A stretch of DNA of 34,534 nt from an uncultured Lachnospiraceae bacterium (GTDB taxonomy: Bacteria; Bacillota; Clostridia; Oscillospirales; CAG-272): positions 1 to 34,534 of the forward strand of contig CAYRQA010000003.1 of the NCBI GenBank assembly GCA_964426285.1. Reading direction: 5' to 3'. Below the pieces are notes generated by a model. It saw nothing but the letters and a program-made list of their open reading frames with translations. It made no database searches and was not told where the DNA came from. Both the position numbers and the translations under genes were made by a program. Shown piece after piece: positions 1 through 10,215 of this stretch (positions within the stretch are counted from its first letter, which is position 1; each line of letters opens with the position of its first letter).

Positions 1-2702
1 CTTGCCTTCTCACCGAAGATGGCACGGAGCAGTCTTTCTTCTGCGGTCAGCTCGGTCTCGCCCTTGGGAGTGACCTTACCGACCAGAATGTCGCCTGCGC
101 GAACCTCAGTACCCTTGCGGACGATACCTTCTGCGTTCAGATCCTTGAGTGCGTCGTCGCCAACGTTGGGAATCTCACGGGTGATCTCTTCCGGACCGAG
201 CTTGGTGTCGCGGGCTTCGTGGGTGTATTCCTCGATGTGGATCGAGGTGTAAACGTCGTCGCGAACGAGACGTTCATTGAGCAGTACGGCGTCCTCGTAG
301 TTGTAACCTTCCCAGGTCATGAAGCCGATGAGCGGGTTCTTACCAAGTGCGATCTCACCGTTGGAGGTTGCGGGACCGTCTGCAATGACGCGTCCTGCAT
401 CGATATAGTCGCCCTCATTGATGATCGGGCGCTGGTTGACACAAGTGCCCTGGTTGGAGCGCTTGAACTTCTGGAGATGATAGGTATCCTTGGTGCCTTC
501 GTCTGCACGGATGATAATCTCATCGGCAGTGACACGTTCGGCAACGCCCGAACGCTTTGCGCAGATGACAACGCCCGAGTCGACGGCTGCCTTGTATTCC
601 ATACCCGTACCGACGATCGGCGCATCGCTTACCATCAGCGGCACTGCCTGCTTCTGCATGTTCGAGCCCATCAGTGCACGCGAGTTGTCGTCATTTTCAA
701 GGAAGGGGATGAAGGAGGTTGCGACCGATACGACCATCTTGGGCGAAACGTCCATGTAGTCTGCTTCGGAAGCGTTGACCTCGAGGATCTCGCTTCTGCG
801 GCGGGCAGCGACCTTCGCGTTGACGAAGCGCTGGTTCTCGTCGAGGGGCTCGTTTGCCTGCGCAACGGTGTAGTTGTCCTCAACGTCGGCAGTCATATAC
901 TCGACTTCATTGGTGACGATCGACTCAACGTAGTTGCCGTTTTCGTCGTATACCTTCTTGACCTTGCGGTAGGGGGCTTCGATGAAGCCGTATTCGTTGA
1001 TGCGGGCGTAGGTGGAGAGGTAGGAGATCAGACCGATGTTCGGACCTTCGGGGGTCTCGATCGGGCACATACGACCGTAGTGGGTGTAGTGTACGTCGCG
1101 GACGTCGAAGGATGCGCGGTCACGTGACAGACCGCCGGGACCGAGTGCCGAGAGACGGCGCTTGTGGGTCAGCTCTGCCAGCGGGTTGTTCTGATCCATG
1201 AACTGAGACAGAGGAGACGAACCGAAGAAGTCGCGGATGGCGGTGACGATCGGACGGATGTTGATGAGCGATTCGGGGGTGAGGCTTTCGCTGTCCTGAA
1301 CGGTCATACGCTCCTTGACGATCTTATCCATTCTCGAGAAGCCTATGCGGAGCTGATTCTGGAGCAGTTCGCCTACGCTGCGCAGACGGCGGTTGCCGAG
1401 GTGGTCGATGTCATCGACCGTGCCGCAGTCGTGGGAGAGGCATACGAGGTAGTTGACCGATGCGAAGATGTCGGCTTTGGTGATATGCTTGGGGCAAAGG
1501 AGCGCGGTCTTCTCTTTACAAGCCTTGATGAGCGCTTCTCTGTCGTCGGTGCCGACTTCACTCACGATCTCGGTCAGTGCCATGTAGTCGCACTTTTCCT
1601 TGATGCCCGCTTCCTTCAGGTCGAAGCCAAGAAGTGCTTCGGGGTAGATGGTGCCGTTCGAGAAGACCTTGACCTCGTCGCCGTTTTCAAGGCGAACGTA
1701 GGCTTCGTTGACACCCGCTCTTTCGATCGCTTCTGCGATCTCGGGCGTACAGAAGGTGCCCTCATCGTAGAGGAATTCACCGGTGATGGGCGAGATCGCG
1801 GGACGGGAGAGTTCCTTGCCCTCGATACGCTTGCCGATGGCAACCTTCTTATTGTACTTGTAACGACCGACAGGCGCAAGATCATAGCGCTTGGGGTCGA
1901 AGAACATATTGTTGATGAGCACCTGCGCGCTGTCCACCAGCGGAGGTTCGCCCGGACGCAGACGTCTGTAGATCTCCTTGAGCGCCTCTTCCTCTGCGGT
2001 CGTGCCGTTCTTGACCGCTTCAGTGTTCATGCCGTCCTTCTCGATAGTCGCAAGGATCTTAGTGTCCTCGCCGAAGAGGCCGGTCAGATCAGAGTCATTG
2101 CCCAGACCCATTGCACGCAACAGGACGGTAACGGGGATCTTGCGGTTTTTATCGATACGAACGTAGAAAACGTCGTTGGCATCGGTCTCGTATTCAAGCC
2201 AAGCGCCGCGATAAGGGATGATCTGTGCGGTGTAGACCTTCTTGCCCGACTTGTCGATCTGGCTGTCGTAGTACATACCGGGCGAACGGACGATCTGCGA
2301 AACGATGACACGCTCTGCACCGTTGATGATGAAGGTGCCGTTATCGGTCATCAGCGGGAAATCGCCGACGTAGATGACGCGGTCGATGACTTCCTCGGTA
2401 TTCTTATTGTAGAGACGAACCTTTACGCGCAGGGGCGCGGCGAAGTTTACGTCGCGGTCCTTGCACTCTTCTTCGGGGTATTTGGGCTTTTCGTCGAGTG
2501 TGTAGTCAATGAATTCAATGTAAATGTTGCCGGAGTAGTCCACAATGGGCGATACGTCCCGCAGCACCTCTTGCAGTCCCTCGTCCAGAAACCATTTGTA
2601 GGATTTCTTCTGAACCTCGAGCAGATCCGGCATATCGAGCACTTCGTCGATCTTGGAAAAACTCATTCTCGTCGTGGTTCCGAGCTGGCGTGGTTTTACC
2701 AT
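1..2702 (-). CDS. rpoB: DNA-directed RNA polymerase beta subunit (N-terminal ~900 aa; continues past the left edge)
   Basis: Manual minus-strand translation from ATG at 2702 (GGAGG SD ~10 nt upstream): [27 protein letters not shown]..., [67 protein letters not shown] at the edge. Missing from the ORF track, presumably because no stop codon lies in the window. Confidence 0.99.
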   Translation of the reverse strand, partial: MVKPRQLGTTTRMSFSKIDEVLDMPDLLEVQKKSYKWFLDEGLQEVLRDVSPIVDYSGNIYIEFIDYTLDEKPKYPEEECKDRDVNFAAPLRVKVRLYNKNTEEVIDRVIYVGDFPLMTDNGTFIINGAERVIVSQIVRSPGMYYDSQIDKSGKKVYTAQIIPYRGAWLEYETDANDVFYVRIDKNRKIPVTVLLRAMGLGNDSDLTGLFGEDTKILATIEKDGMNTEAVKNGTTAEEEALKEIYRRLRPGEPPLVDSAQVLINNMFFDPKRYDLAPVGRYKYNKKVAIGKRIEGKELSRPAISPITGEFLYDEGTFCTPEIAEAIERAGVNEAYVRLENGDEVKVFSNGTIYPEALLGFDLKEAGIKEKCDYMALTEIVSEVGTDDREALIKACKEKTALLCPKHITKADIFASVNYLVCLSHDCGTVDDIDHLGNRRLRSVGELLQNQLRIGFSRMDKIVKERMTVQDSESLTPESLINIRPIVTAIRDFFGSSPLSQFMDQNNPLAELTHKRRLSALGPGGLSRDRASFDVRDVHYTHYGRMCPIETPEGPNIGLISYLSTYARINEYGFIEAPYRKVKKVYDENGNYVESIVTNEVEYMTADVEDNYTVAQANEPLDENQRFVNAKVAARRRSEILEVNASEADYMDVSPKMVVSVATSFIPFLENDDNSRALMGSNMQKQAVPLMVSDAPIVGTGMEYKAAVDSGVVICAKRSGVAERVTADEIIIRADEGTKDTYHLQKFKRSNQGTCVNQRPIINEGDYIDAGRVIADGPATSNGEIALGKNPLIGFMTWEGYNYEDAVLLNERLVRDDVYTSIHIEEYTHEARDTKLGPEEITREIPNVGDDALKDLNAEGIVRKGTEVRAGDILVGKVTPKGETELTAEERLLRAIFGEKA

Positions 2703-2975
2703 ATACACTTTTCCTCCATTTTTGCAAATAAATAGACCATACCTGTTATCTTTCATCTTTTCGTTCAAAAACAATTTACAAATTCTACTCCTGCGGCATT
2801 CTGGTTAAAGCCGAATCATAAGCCGAACCGTTCGTTATTTTGATCGAAAGCGTAAAAACACGGGTATGACCTCGTTTTTGCTCTGATATTTTGCGGTTTT
2901 GGCCGTCATTTTGGCACAAACCCCATTTCATCGGCATGGCAATAGCCATATTTACCGATTTTATTGGATGTTAAC

Positions 2976-3004
2976 ATCATACCATATTCTTTTCGATTTG
3001 TCAA
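2976..3004 (-). promoter_or_regulatory. sigma-A promoter for rpoB
   Basis: Minus strand TTGACA (3004-2999), 17 nt, TATGAT (2981-2976), with TG extended -10. Confidence 0.85.
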
Positions 3005-3055
3005 GCGCCCTTCGTTATTTTTTTTACAATTTTTAAAAAAATTTCAAAAAAAGAC

Positions 3056-3084
3056 TTGCATTTTTCTTTCATTTATGGTATGAT
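3056..3084 (+). promoter_or_regulatory. sigma-A promoter for rpsT
   Basis: TTGCAT (3056-3061), 17 nt, TATGAT (3079-3084), TG extended -10, A/T-rich upstream tract. Confidence 0.8.
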
Positions 3085-3193
3085 ACATGGGTAATAAGTT
3101 TGAAAGGGTTCTATCGGACGGCGAATGCCTCAAAACGCTTCCCCGTCGATCGGCAATAGACCCGCGAACAACCACTCTAAGGAGGTGTACTCA

Positions 3194-3460
3194 ATGCCGA
3201 ATATCAAATCCGCTAAGAAGCGTGTGCTCGTAACCGAGACCAAGACCATGCAGAACAAGATGTTCAAGTCCGCTTACAAGACCGCTATCAAGAAGTACGA
3301 GGCTGCAGTTGCTGCAGGCGATAAGGAACAAGCAATCGCACTTTACAAGGCTGTTGTCAAGAAGGTGGATCAGGCTGCCGCAAAGGGCATCATTCATGCG
3401 AATGCTGCTGCAAGAAAGAAGAGCCGGTTCACTCTGATGCTCAACAAGCTGGGTGCCTGA
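3194..3460 (+). CDS. rpsT: 30S ribosomal protein S20
   Basis: MPNIKSAKKRV...KGIIHANAAARKKSRF; AAGGAGGT SD precedes the ATG at 3194, so the ORF-track start at 3125 is too early. Confidence 0.98.
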   Translation: MPNIKSAKKRVLVTETKTMQNKMFKSAYKTAIKKYEAAVAAGDKEQAIALYKAVVKKVDQAAAKGIIHANAAARKKSRFTLMLNKLGA

Positions 3461-3473
3461 ACCTAAAGAAGAC

Positions 3474-3502
3474 AAACCGAGGGAAACCTCGGTTTTCTTT
3501 TT
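3474..3502 (+). terminator. intrinsic terminator of rpsT
   Basis: AAACCGAGG-GAAA-CCTCGGTTT followed by a T-rich tract. Confidence 0.9.
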
Positions 3503-3515
3503 CTCTTCCCTGCTT

Positions 3516-3556
3516 CAGTATACCGCTCTCATCGGGCAACCGAGAGAGCGGTACTG
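3516..3556 (-). terminator. hairpin ending the convergent minus-strand operon
   Basis: TACCGCTCTC-A-TCGG-GCAA-CCGA-GAGAGCGGTA stem immediately after the radical SAM stop; weak U-tract on the minus strand. Confidence 0.65.
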
Positions 3557-3558
3557 TT

Positions 3559-4164
3559 TTATTCGGATTCCTCAATGAGTTCGCGCACGCGGAGCATAAC
3601 ACCGCAGTCCGCAGCGATCTGACGGCACTTTTCGATGTCCTCGTCGGGGATGGTCTTTTCGACGACCGAGAAAACCACCTTCGGTACGTACTTGCTCGCC
3701 TTTTTGGCGAAATCCTGAAGGGCATCATAGGCTGCCTCACCGTAGTCGCTGTGGCAGATCGCCTGATAGCTTGCCGCGTCGGCGGTGTTGAGCGAGATCG
3801 AGATGCAGTCCACCAGCCCCGCCAGCTCGGGGGTGACGTCGCAGCCTGCGATCAGGTTGCCCTGTCCGTTGGTATTGATGCGGATGGGGAGATCGCAGCT
3901 CGCCTTCACCCGACCCGCGACTGCGAGGATGTCGTCGATGCGCTCGGTCGGCTCTCCGTAACCGCAGAAGACCAGTTCGCTGTATTTCGTGAGGTCGCGG
4001 GCAAATATGCTCTCACAGATCTCCTCCACAGTAGGCTCACGATCGAGCCAAAGGTCGCCGTAAAAGCTTTCTACCGTGGCACGCACGCAAAATTCACAGG
4101 CGTTCGAACAGCGGTTGGTGGTGTTCACATACAGTCCGCTGCCCACTTCATAGGTAATTGTCAT
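3559..4164 (-). CDS. TatD-associated radical SAM protein
   Basis: LYVNTTNRCSNACEFCVR (CxxxCxxC), VFCGYGEP, RINTNG; ATGA overlap with the upstream tatD. Confidence 0.9.
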   Translation of the reverse strand: MTITYEVGSGLYVNTTNRCSNACEFCVRATVESFYGDLWLDREPTVEEICESIFARDLTKYSELVFCGYGEPTERIDDILAVAGRVKASCDLPIRINTNGQGNLIAGCDVTPELAGLVDCISISLNTADAASYQAICHSDYGEAAYDALQDFAKKASKYVPKVVFSVVEKTIPDEDIEKCRQIAADCGVMLRVRELIEESE

Positions 4165-4961
4165 AATGCTTCCTCAATTCTGAAGAGTTTCCGCGTATTT
4201 TCGATCGTTTGATGGGCGAAAACCTCGGGATCAACGCCGCGCAGTTCTGCCGCCTTGATCCCCGTATAGGCAACGTTGCCCGAATCGTTGCGCTTGCCGC
4301 GCATGGGGACGGGCGAGAGGTAAGGCGCATCGGTTTCGACCAGAATGCGGTCAGAGGGGATCGCTTTGACCACTTCGGCGACCCGTGCGGCGTTTTTGTA
4401 GGTAATGACCCCCGAAAAGGAGATGTACCAGCCCTTTCTCACGAGCTGGAGCGCCATTTCGGCACTCGCCGAGCAGGAATGCAGCACGCCCGTGACCTTG
4501 GGGTGAGCGCAGAGCAGATCGAAGATGTCGCCGTGCGCTTCCCTATCGTGGATGATGACGGGCAGATCGACCTCCTCGGCAAGCGAGAGCTGTGCATCGA
4601 GCCACTGCTTCTGCACCTCTCTCGGCGGGTTCGAATCCCAGTAATAGTCGAGCCCGATCTCGCCGATCGCCTTGACCTTGGGGTGCGCAAGCAGGGGACG
4701 CATGGCATCGAGCGTCTCGTTCAAACCGCCTTCATCGTAAATATTCTCGGGATGAATACCGACCGCCGCGTAAAAGTGCGGGTATTGCTCGGCAAGCTCG
4801 ATCTGAGCCGCCGCCGAGCAAAGATTGACGGCGGCGCCGAGGATCGCCGTCACATGGGTGGCAAACAAGCCCGCAAGGAGGGTGTCTCGCTCCTGCGGGC
4901 TGAATTTTTCATCGTCATAGTGCGCGTGGCTGTCAAACCAGCGCAGATTGTTCTCTTGCAT
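4161..4961 (-). CDS. tatD: TatD-family metal-dependent hydrolase/nuclease
   Basis: FDSHAH, GIHP, IGEIGLDYYW, IIHDREAH, LVETDAPYL motifs; start reassigned to ATG 4961 (MQENNLRWF). Confidence 0.95.
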   Translation of the reverse strand: MQENNLRWFDSHAHYDDEKFSPQERDTLLAGLFATHVTAILGAAVNLCSAAAQIELAEQYPHFYAAVGIHPENIYDEGGLNETLDAMRPLLAHPKVKAIGEIGLDYYWDSNPPREVQKQWLDAQLSLAEEVDLPVIIHDREAHGDIFDLLCAHPKVTGVLHSCSASAEMALQLVRKGWYISFSGVITYKNAARVAEVVKAIPSDRILVETDAPYLSPVPMRGKRNDSGNVAYTGIKAAELRGVDPEVFAHQTIENTRKLFRIEEAL

Positions 4962-4971
4962 AGTTTCTCTC

Positions 4972-5943
4972 TTATCCGCCGATTTTCCTGAGCTTTTCAA
5001 GCACAGCGCTAAAATAAGGCGGCAATTCGCTTGTAAAATAGAGGTTTTCGCCTGTCGTGGGATGCACGAAACCGATCGTTCGGGCGTGCAGACACTGCCC
5101 GCAGACCAGCGAAGCATTTTGCTTTTCGAAGGTGGAATGACCGCCGCCGTAGAGGGTATCACAGAGCAGCGGATGTCCCGTCGACGAGAGATGCACTCTG
5201 ATCTGATGGGTGCGCCCCGTTTCGAGCACGCACTTCACGTGAGTGAAGCCCGCGAAGCCCTCGAGCACCTCCCAATGGGTGAGCGCAGGCTTCCCGCCCT
5301 GTACGATCGCCATCTTCTTGCGATCGCTCGGATGCCGACCGATGGGAGCGTCGACGCTTCCCTTTTCCTCGCGGAAGCGTCCGACTGCGATCGCCTCATA
5401 GGAACGCAGGAAGCTGTGCACCTGTATCTGCTCGGCAAGCGCAAGGTGCGCACGGTCGTTTTTGGCAACGATGAGCAGTCCGCTCGTGTCCTTGTCGATG
5501 CGGTGAACGATGCCCGGGCGGATCACACCGCCGATGCCCGACAGCGAGTCCTTGCAGTGATAGAGCAGTGCGTTCACCAGTGTACCCGTATAGTTGCCGG
5601 GTGCGGGATGAACGACCATCCCCTTGGGCTTGTTGACCACGAGCAGATCCCCATCCTCGTAGACGATGTCGAGCGAAATCGGCTCGGGCAGGATATCGGC
5701 AAGCTGCGGAGGGGGGATCACCAGTGAAATGGTGTATCCCGCCTTGATTTTGGCGTTTTTGGGCGCATTTTTGCCATTGACCGACGCATGACCTGCATCG
5801 ATCAGCTTTTGTACAGCCGAACGGGTCAGCCCGCTGTGTGCGGCAAGGAGTGCATCGAGCCGACTGCCGACCTCATCCGCCTCGGCTGTCCATTCGAGCA
5901 GATCTGTCTGCTCGTCGGACACAAGTTCGAGCGGCTCTTTCAT
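4972..5943 (-). CDS. rluD: RluA/RluD-family pseudouridine synthase with S4 domain
   Basis: RLD S4 motif, VVNKPKGMVVHP, HRIDKDTSG, LETGRTHQIRVH; usual position after lspA. Confidence 0.93.
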   Translation of the reverse strand: MKEPLELVSDEQTDLLEWTAEADEVGSRLDALLAAHSGLTRSAVQKLIDAGHASVNGKNAPKNAKIKAGYTISLVIPPPQLADILPEPISLDIVYEDGDLLVVNKPKGMVVHPAPGNYTGTLVNALLYHCKDSLSGIGGVIRPGIVHRIDKDTSGLLIVAKNDRAHLALAEQIQVHSFLRSYEAIAVGRFREEKGSVDAPIGRHPSDRKKMAIVQGGKPALTHWEVLEGFAGFTHVKCVLETGRTHQIRVHLSSTGHPLLCDTLYGGGHSTFEKQNASLVCGQCLHARTIGFVHPTTGENLYFTSELPPYFSAVLEKLRKIGG

Positions 5944-6560
5944 GTGCGCTCACCGTCTTGCGGTTCATCTGAGGCATTGTCGGGGCTTCCCGCTTCGTCG
6001 CTCACCCCAGCAGGGTTCTTCGGGTGGGATTTTTTGTAATCCTTGACCTCTTCGATGATGACGAAGAGGACAAAGAGCGCCGCGCCCACACAGACAAAGC
6101 AGTCTGCTACGTTGAAAATGTAGCTCCAGATGCCGCGGAAATCGATAAAATCGATGACGGCACCGCTGCCCATCACTTCTCCGTTGAACACGCGGTCGAT
6201 CATGTTGCCGATACCGCCCCCGACAATCATCGAGAAGCTGACGGTATAGCCCCAACTGACCTTGCCCGAGAAGAGCACGATCGCTACTGTAAGCAGGACG
6301 ATCGAGAGGGTGGAGAGCACCAAGAAGACCCAGCGGTTATCGGCAAGCATACCGAACGCTGCGCCTTCATTGAGAATATAGGTGATATGGAAAAAATCCT
6401 TGATCACAGGGATGCTCTCGCCAAGGGTCATGGTTTTTACCACGACCCATTTGGAGAGCTGATCAACCAGCACGACCGCCGCAATCACGGCGACAAAGAG
6501 CGCCACCTTGCGCAGGTCGATTTTGATCAAAGACCGAGTACTTTTTGGCATCTCTTGCAT
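5940..6560 (-). CDS. lspA: lipoprotein signal peptidase II
   Basis: DQLSK, NEGAAFG, GNMIDR, VIDFI, FNVAD motifs; start uncertain (ATG 6560 with AAGGA SD, ATG 6551, or TTG 6530). Confidence 0.95.
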   Translation of the reverse strand: MQEMPKSTRSLIKIDLRKVALFVAVIAAVVLVDQLSKWVVVKTMTLGESIPVIKDFFHITYILNEGAAFGMLADNRWVFLVLSTLSIVLLTVAIVLFSGKVSWGYTVSFSMIVGGGIGNMIDRVFNGEVMGSGAVIDFIDFRGIWSYIFNVADCFVCVGAALFVLFVIIEEVKDYKKSHPKNPAGVSDEAGSPDNASDEPQDGERT

Positions 6561-9313
6561 AAGAATCCTTCCGAATCTTTGTGTCCTTCGGTCGCGTACA
6601 TCCAGCAGCGGTCGCACTTTTCACCGTCTGCGGTCTCGACCAGCACACCGAGCTTGCCCTCGCTGAAGGCTTCCTCGGGCGCACTGTCGGTGGTCACCGA
6701 CACGCCCGATACGATGAAGATCGATGCGAGCTCGTCGCCGAATCCCTCGAGCAGGGCGGCAGATTCGCTGTCAGCGTAGAGGGTGAGCTTCGCGTCAAGC
6801 GACTTGCCGATCTTCTTATCGGCACGTGCGAGCTCGAGCGCCTTCATCACGTCGTCACGCAGCTCGAAGAGTGCGTTGTACTTCGCCTCGACTGCCTCAA
6901 AGCGCCGGTCGGCGTTTTCATCGGGCATCGAGGACAGCATAACGTGACGTGCGTCCTCGTCTGCGGTATGGGGCATTGCCTCCCACAGCTCGTTCGTGGT
7001 GAAGGAGAGGATGGGTGCCATCAGACGGGTCATTGCGCTCAGCACGATATACATCGCCGACTGCGCACTTCTTCTGATCGCGGCATCCTTCTTTTCGGTA
7101 TATACTCTGTCCTTGCTGATATCGATATAGAGCTTGGACAGATCGTTGGTGCAGAAATTGTTGAGCGCCTGGCAGATCAGGTGGAACTCATAGTGGTCAT
7201 ATGCCTCTCTGACAACCTTGGTGAAGGCATTGAGACGGGCGATGATCCACTGATCGATCGGGAGCATATCGGCGGGAGAGACGAGGTCGGTGTTCGGATC
7301 GAAGTCGTCACCGAGGTTTGCGAGCAGGATGCGGGCAGTGTTGCGGAATTTACGGTAGGATTCCGAAAGCTGCTTGAAGATGACGTCCGAGCAACGCACA
7401 TCTACTCTGTAATCGGCAGATGCGACCCAGAGACGGACGAGGTCAGCGCCGTATTTCTTGACCATATCCTCAGGATAGACCGAGTTGCCCTTCGATTTGT
7501 GCATGGCTTCGCCCTTGCCGTCAACCACCCAGCCGTGGGTGAGGATCTGACGGTAGGGTGCGCCCTTGCCGAGTGCGCCGACTGCGCAAAGCAGCGACGA
7601 CTGGAACCAGCCTCTGTACTGGTCAGCGCCCTCAAGGTAGAGGTCAGCGGGCCACTTCATCTCAGGGTTGCCCTCGAGCACTGCATAGTGCGAGGAGCCC
7701 GAATCGAACCAACCGTCGAGCGTGTTGGTCTCTTTATTGAATGCCTTCGATCCGCAGCAGGGGCAGGCATAGGCCTCGGGAAGCAGTTCGGAAGCCTCTT
7801 TGAGGAACCATGCGTTCGAGCCTTCCCTGCCGAAGATCTCGGAAACTTTTGCAATGGTCTCGTCGTTGCAGATCTCCTTGCCGCAGTCTGCGCAGTAGAA
7901 GACGGGGATGGGCAGCCCCCAATGACGCTGACGCGAGATGCACCAGTCGGCACGGTCGCGAACCATCTGCGCGATGCGGTCGCCGCCCCATGCGGGCAGC
8001 CAGTCTACCTCTTTGCAGGCATCGACTGCGGCATCCTTGAAGGCATCGACCGAGCAGAACCACTGAGGGGTCGCACGGAAGATGATCGGATGCTTGCAGC
8101 GCCAGCAGTGCGGATACTGGTGGACGATCTCCTCTGATGCGAAGAGCGCGCCCGTCTGCTTCATATCCTCGAGGATGGCATCGCTCGATTCGGCGTAGAA
8201 CATTCCCGCGAATTTGCCTGCGTCAGCGGTCTGATAGCCGCGGTCGTCCACGGGGACGATGACGTCGATGTTGTAACGGCGGGAGGTCACGTAGTCGTCC
8301 GCACCGAAGCCGCCTGCGGTATGTACACAGCCCGTACCGCTTTCCATGGTGACGTAGTCGGCGTTTGCGATGAGCGAAGTGCGGCCAAGGAAGGGATGCT
8401 GTGCTGTCATGTACTCGAACGCCTTACCGTTCATTTCCTTTACGGTAGTATATTCCTCGATGCCCGCCGCCTTCATGGCAGTTTCAGCCAGCTCGCTTGC
8501 GACGATGTAGTATTCGCCGTTTGCCGAGATGACCGAATAGAGCGCATCGGGGTTGAGGGCGATCGCCTGGTTGCCTGGAAGCGTCCATGCGGTGGTCGTC
8601 CAGATGACGAAATAGGTCTTGTCAAGGTCGCAAACGTCGGCGAGCACGCCCTTATCGTCTGCTACCTTGAATTTTACGTAGATAGAGGTACACTTGTCCT
8701 CCTGGTACTCGATCTCGGCTTCTGCGAGCGCAGTTTCATCGTGCGGGCACCAGTATACGGGCTTCATGCCCTTGTAGATATAACCCTTCTTGAACATCTC
8801 ACCGAAGACCTTGATCTCCTTGGATTCGAAGGCGGGCGACATGGTGGTGTAGGGATGCTCCCAGTCAGCCAGTACGCCGAGGCGCTTGAAGGATTCCATC
8901 TGAATGTGCACGTACTTATCGGCGAATGCCTCGCAAGCCGAGCGGAATTCGGGGATCGACATCTTCTTGCGGTCGAGCTTATTCTGCTTGATGATCGCAG
9001 ACTCGATGGGCATACCGTGGTTATCCCAACCCGGGATGATCGGTACGCGGTGACCGGTCATCATCTTCGAACGGTTGATGAAGTCTTTGACGATCTTGTT
9101 GAGCGCAGTACCCATGTGGATATTGCCGTTCGAGAAGGGAGGGCCGTCGTGCAGCACGAAGGTGGGCTTATCAGCGTTCTTCTGATTGATCAGACGGTAG
9201 AGGTCGATCTTCTTCCAGCCCTCGAGCATTTCGGGCTCTCTCTGGGGGAGATTGGCGCGCATCGAAAAGTCTGTTTTGGGCAGATTCAGCGTTTGTGTAT
9301 AATCTTTAGACAT
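6527..9313 (-). CDS. ileS: isoleucyl-tRNA synthetase (type 1, C-terminal Zn finger)
   Basis: TLNLPKTDFSMRANL, HDGPPF, PGWD, WTTT, WCISRQRHWG, EGADQYRGWFQ, C-terminal CDRCW...CKRC. Confidence 0.99.
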   Translation of the reverse strand: MSKDYTQTLNLPKTDFSMRANLPQREPEMLEGWKKIDLYRLINQKNADKPTFVLHDGPPFSNGNIHMGTALNKIVKDFINRSKMMTGHRVPIIPGWDNHGMPIESAIIKQNKLDRKKMSIPEFRSACEAFADKYVHIQMESFKRLGVLADWEHPYTTMSPAFESKEIKVFGEMFKKGYIYKGMKPVYWCPHDETALAEAEIEYQEDKCTSIYVKFKVADDKGVLADVCDLDKTYFVIWTTTAWTLPGNQAIALNPDALYSVISANGEYYIVASELAETAMKAAGIEEYTTVKEMNGKAFEYMTAQHPFLGRTSLIANADYVTMESGTGCVHTAGGFGADDYVTSRRYNIDVIVPVDDRGYQTADAGKFAGMFYAESSDAILEDMKQTGALFASEEIVHQYPHCWRCKHPIIFRATPQWFCSVDAFKDAAVDACKEVDWLPAWGGDRIAQMVRDRADWCISRQRHWGLPIPVFYCADCGKEICNDETIAKVSEIFGREGSNAWFLKEASELLPEAYACPCCGSKAFNKETNTLDGWFDSGSSHYAVLEGNPEMKWPADLYLEGADQYRGWFQSSLLCAVGALGKGAPYRQILTHGWVVDGKGEAMHKSKGNSVYPEDMVKKYGADLVRLWVASADYRVDVRCSDVIFKQLSESYRKFRNTARILLANLGDDFDPNTDLVSPADMLPIDQWIIARLNAFTKVVREAYDHYEFHLICQALNNFCTNDLSKLYIDISKDRVYTEKKDAAIRRSAQSAMYIVLSAMTRLMAPILSFTTNELWEAMPHTADEDARHVMLSSMPDENADRRFEAVEAKYNALFELRDDVMKALELARADKKIGKSLDAKLTLYADSESAALLEGFGDELASIFIVSGVSVTTDSAPEEAFSEGKLGVLVETADGEKCDRCWMYATEGHKDSEGFLCKRCQKVLGL

Positions 9314-9363
9314 GGCTAATGGTGTCTCCTTTGAATTCTGTATTTATCAAAAACCTCGGAGGG

Positions 9364-10164
9364 TTAGTTTACTTCATCGATCGGCTTGCCGAAGATGATC
9401 GTCTCGGCTTCGGTGACCTCGAGCGAGATCTGCCCTGTGCCAAATGTACCGGTCGATTCGAGATCGTCGGGCATCGGGGCGTCGAAGCCGAGAGTGTCCC
9501 CCTCGCGCACGGTCGGGATCTCCTGCGTCGATTCCCTCGCCTTCTGATCGGCATTCATCAGACTGTCGAGCATCGAATCGTCGATCTCAACCTTGGGAAT
9601 CACGCCGATCCCCTCGGTCGGATGGGTCTTGGCTGCCGTCTCAACGTCGAGCACGACCTGACCGATGACCTTCGAGGTATATTCATCGGCATTCAGCTTC
9701 CACTGACCACCGTCCTCCCCTTCGGGCGAGATCTTTTCGAGAAATTCGATATGCTCCTGATAGAGGGTGAACATTCTCGATTTGAAATCGGTCACCTGAT
9801 TTTTAAGCGCCTGCAGGGTGTCCTGCTGATTCTCGACCTCGGTATGGAAATCGTTGAGCAGCTTCGCACACTTTTCCTTCGTGCTCTGCAAAATCAGCTC
9901 CGAACGGTCGTCAGCTTCCTTGATAATGCGATTGCCCGCATTCTGTGCATTGACCAGCGCACGTCTGATGGCATCTTCGTTCTTTCTGAACTGGTCGAGC
10001 TCCGCTTCACCCGCGGCATATTTACGCTCAAGCTCGTTGTAGGCACGGTAGAGCTCTGTGTATTTTTCGATCATGAAATCGATGTGTTCATCGACTTCGG
10101 TGGGATTATATCCTTTGATAGCCGTTTTAAACGGCTTATTTTGCAATTCATATGGGGGTAGCAT
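9364..10164 (-). CDS. divIVA: DivIVA-domain cell division protein
   Basis: N-terminal F..AIKGYNPTEVDEHI motif, coiled coil, acidic tail; lies between ylmH and ileS. Confidence 0.88.
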   Translation of the reverse strand: MLPPYELQNKPFKTAIKGYNPTEVDEHIDFMIEKYTELYRAYNELERKYAAGEAELDQFRKNEDAIRRALVNAQNAGNRIIKEADDRSELILQSTKEKCAKLLNDFHTEVENQQDTLQALKNQVTDFKSRMFTLYQEHIEFLEKISPEGEDGGQWKLNADEYTSKVIGQVVLDVETAAKTHPTEGIGVIPKVEIDDSMLDSLMNADQKARESTQEIPTVREGDTLGFDAPMPDDLESTGTFGTGQISLEVTEAETIIFGKPIDEVN

Positions 10165-10215
10165 AGTGTCACCCTTCTTTCGTCGTATCTATGTATCTGA
10201 GGGAATCTGGCTCAA

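Noticed and set aside
1130-1230. Possible rifampicin-resistance substitutions in RpoB
   Set aside because: Residues equivalent to E. coli Q513, D516, H526 and S531 are intact
219-2735. Long plus-strand ORFs (302 aa and 523 aa)
   Set aside because: Antisense shadows of rpoB; no recognisable motifs
6581-10161. Plus-strand ORFs opposite ileS and divIVA
   Set aside because: Antisense shadows arising from codon bias
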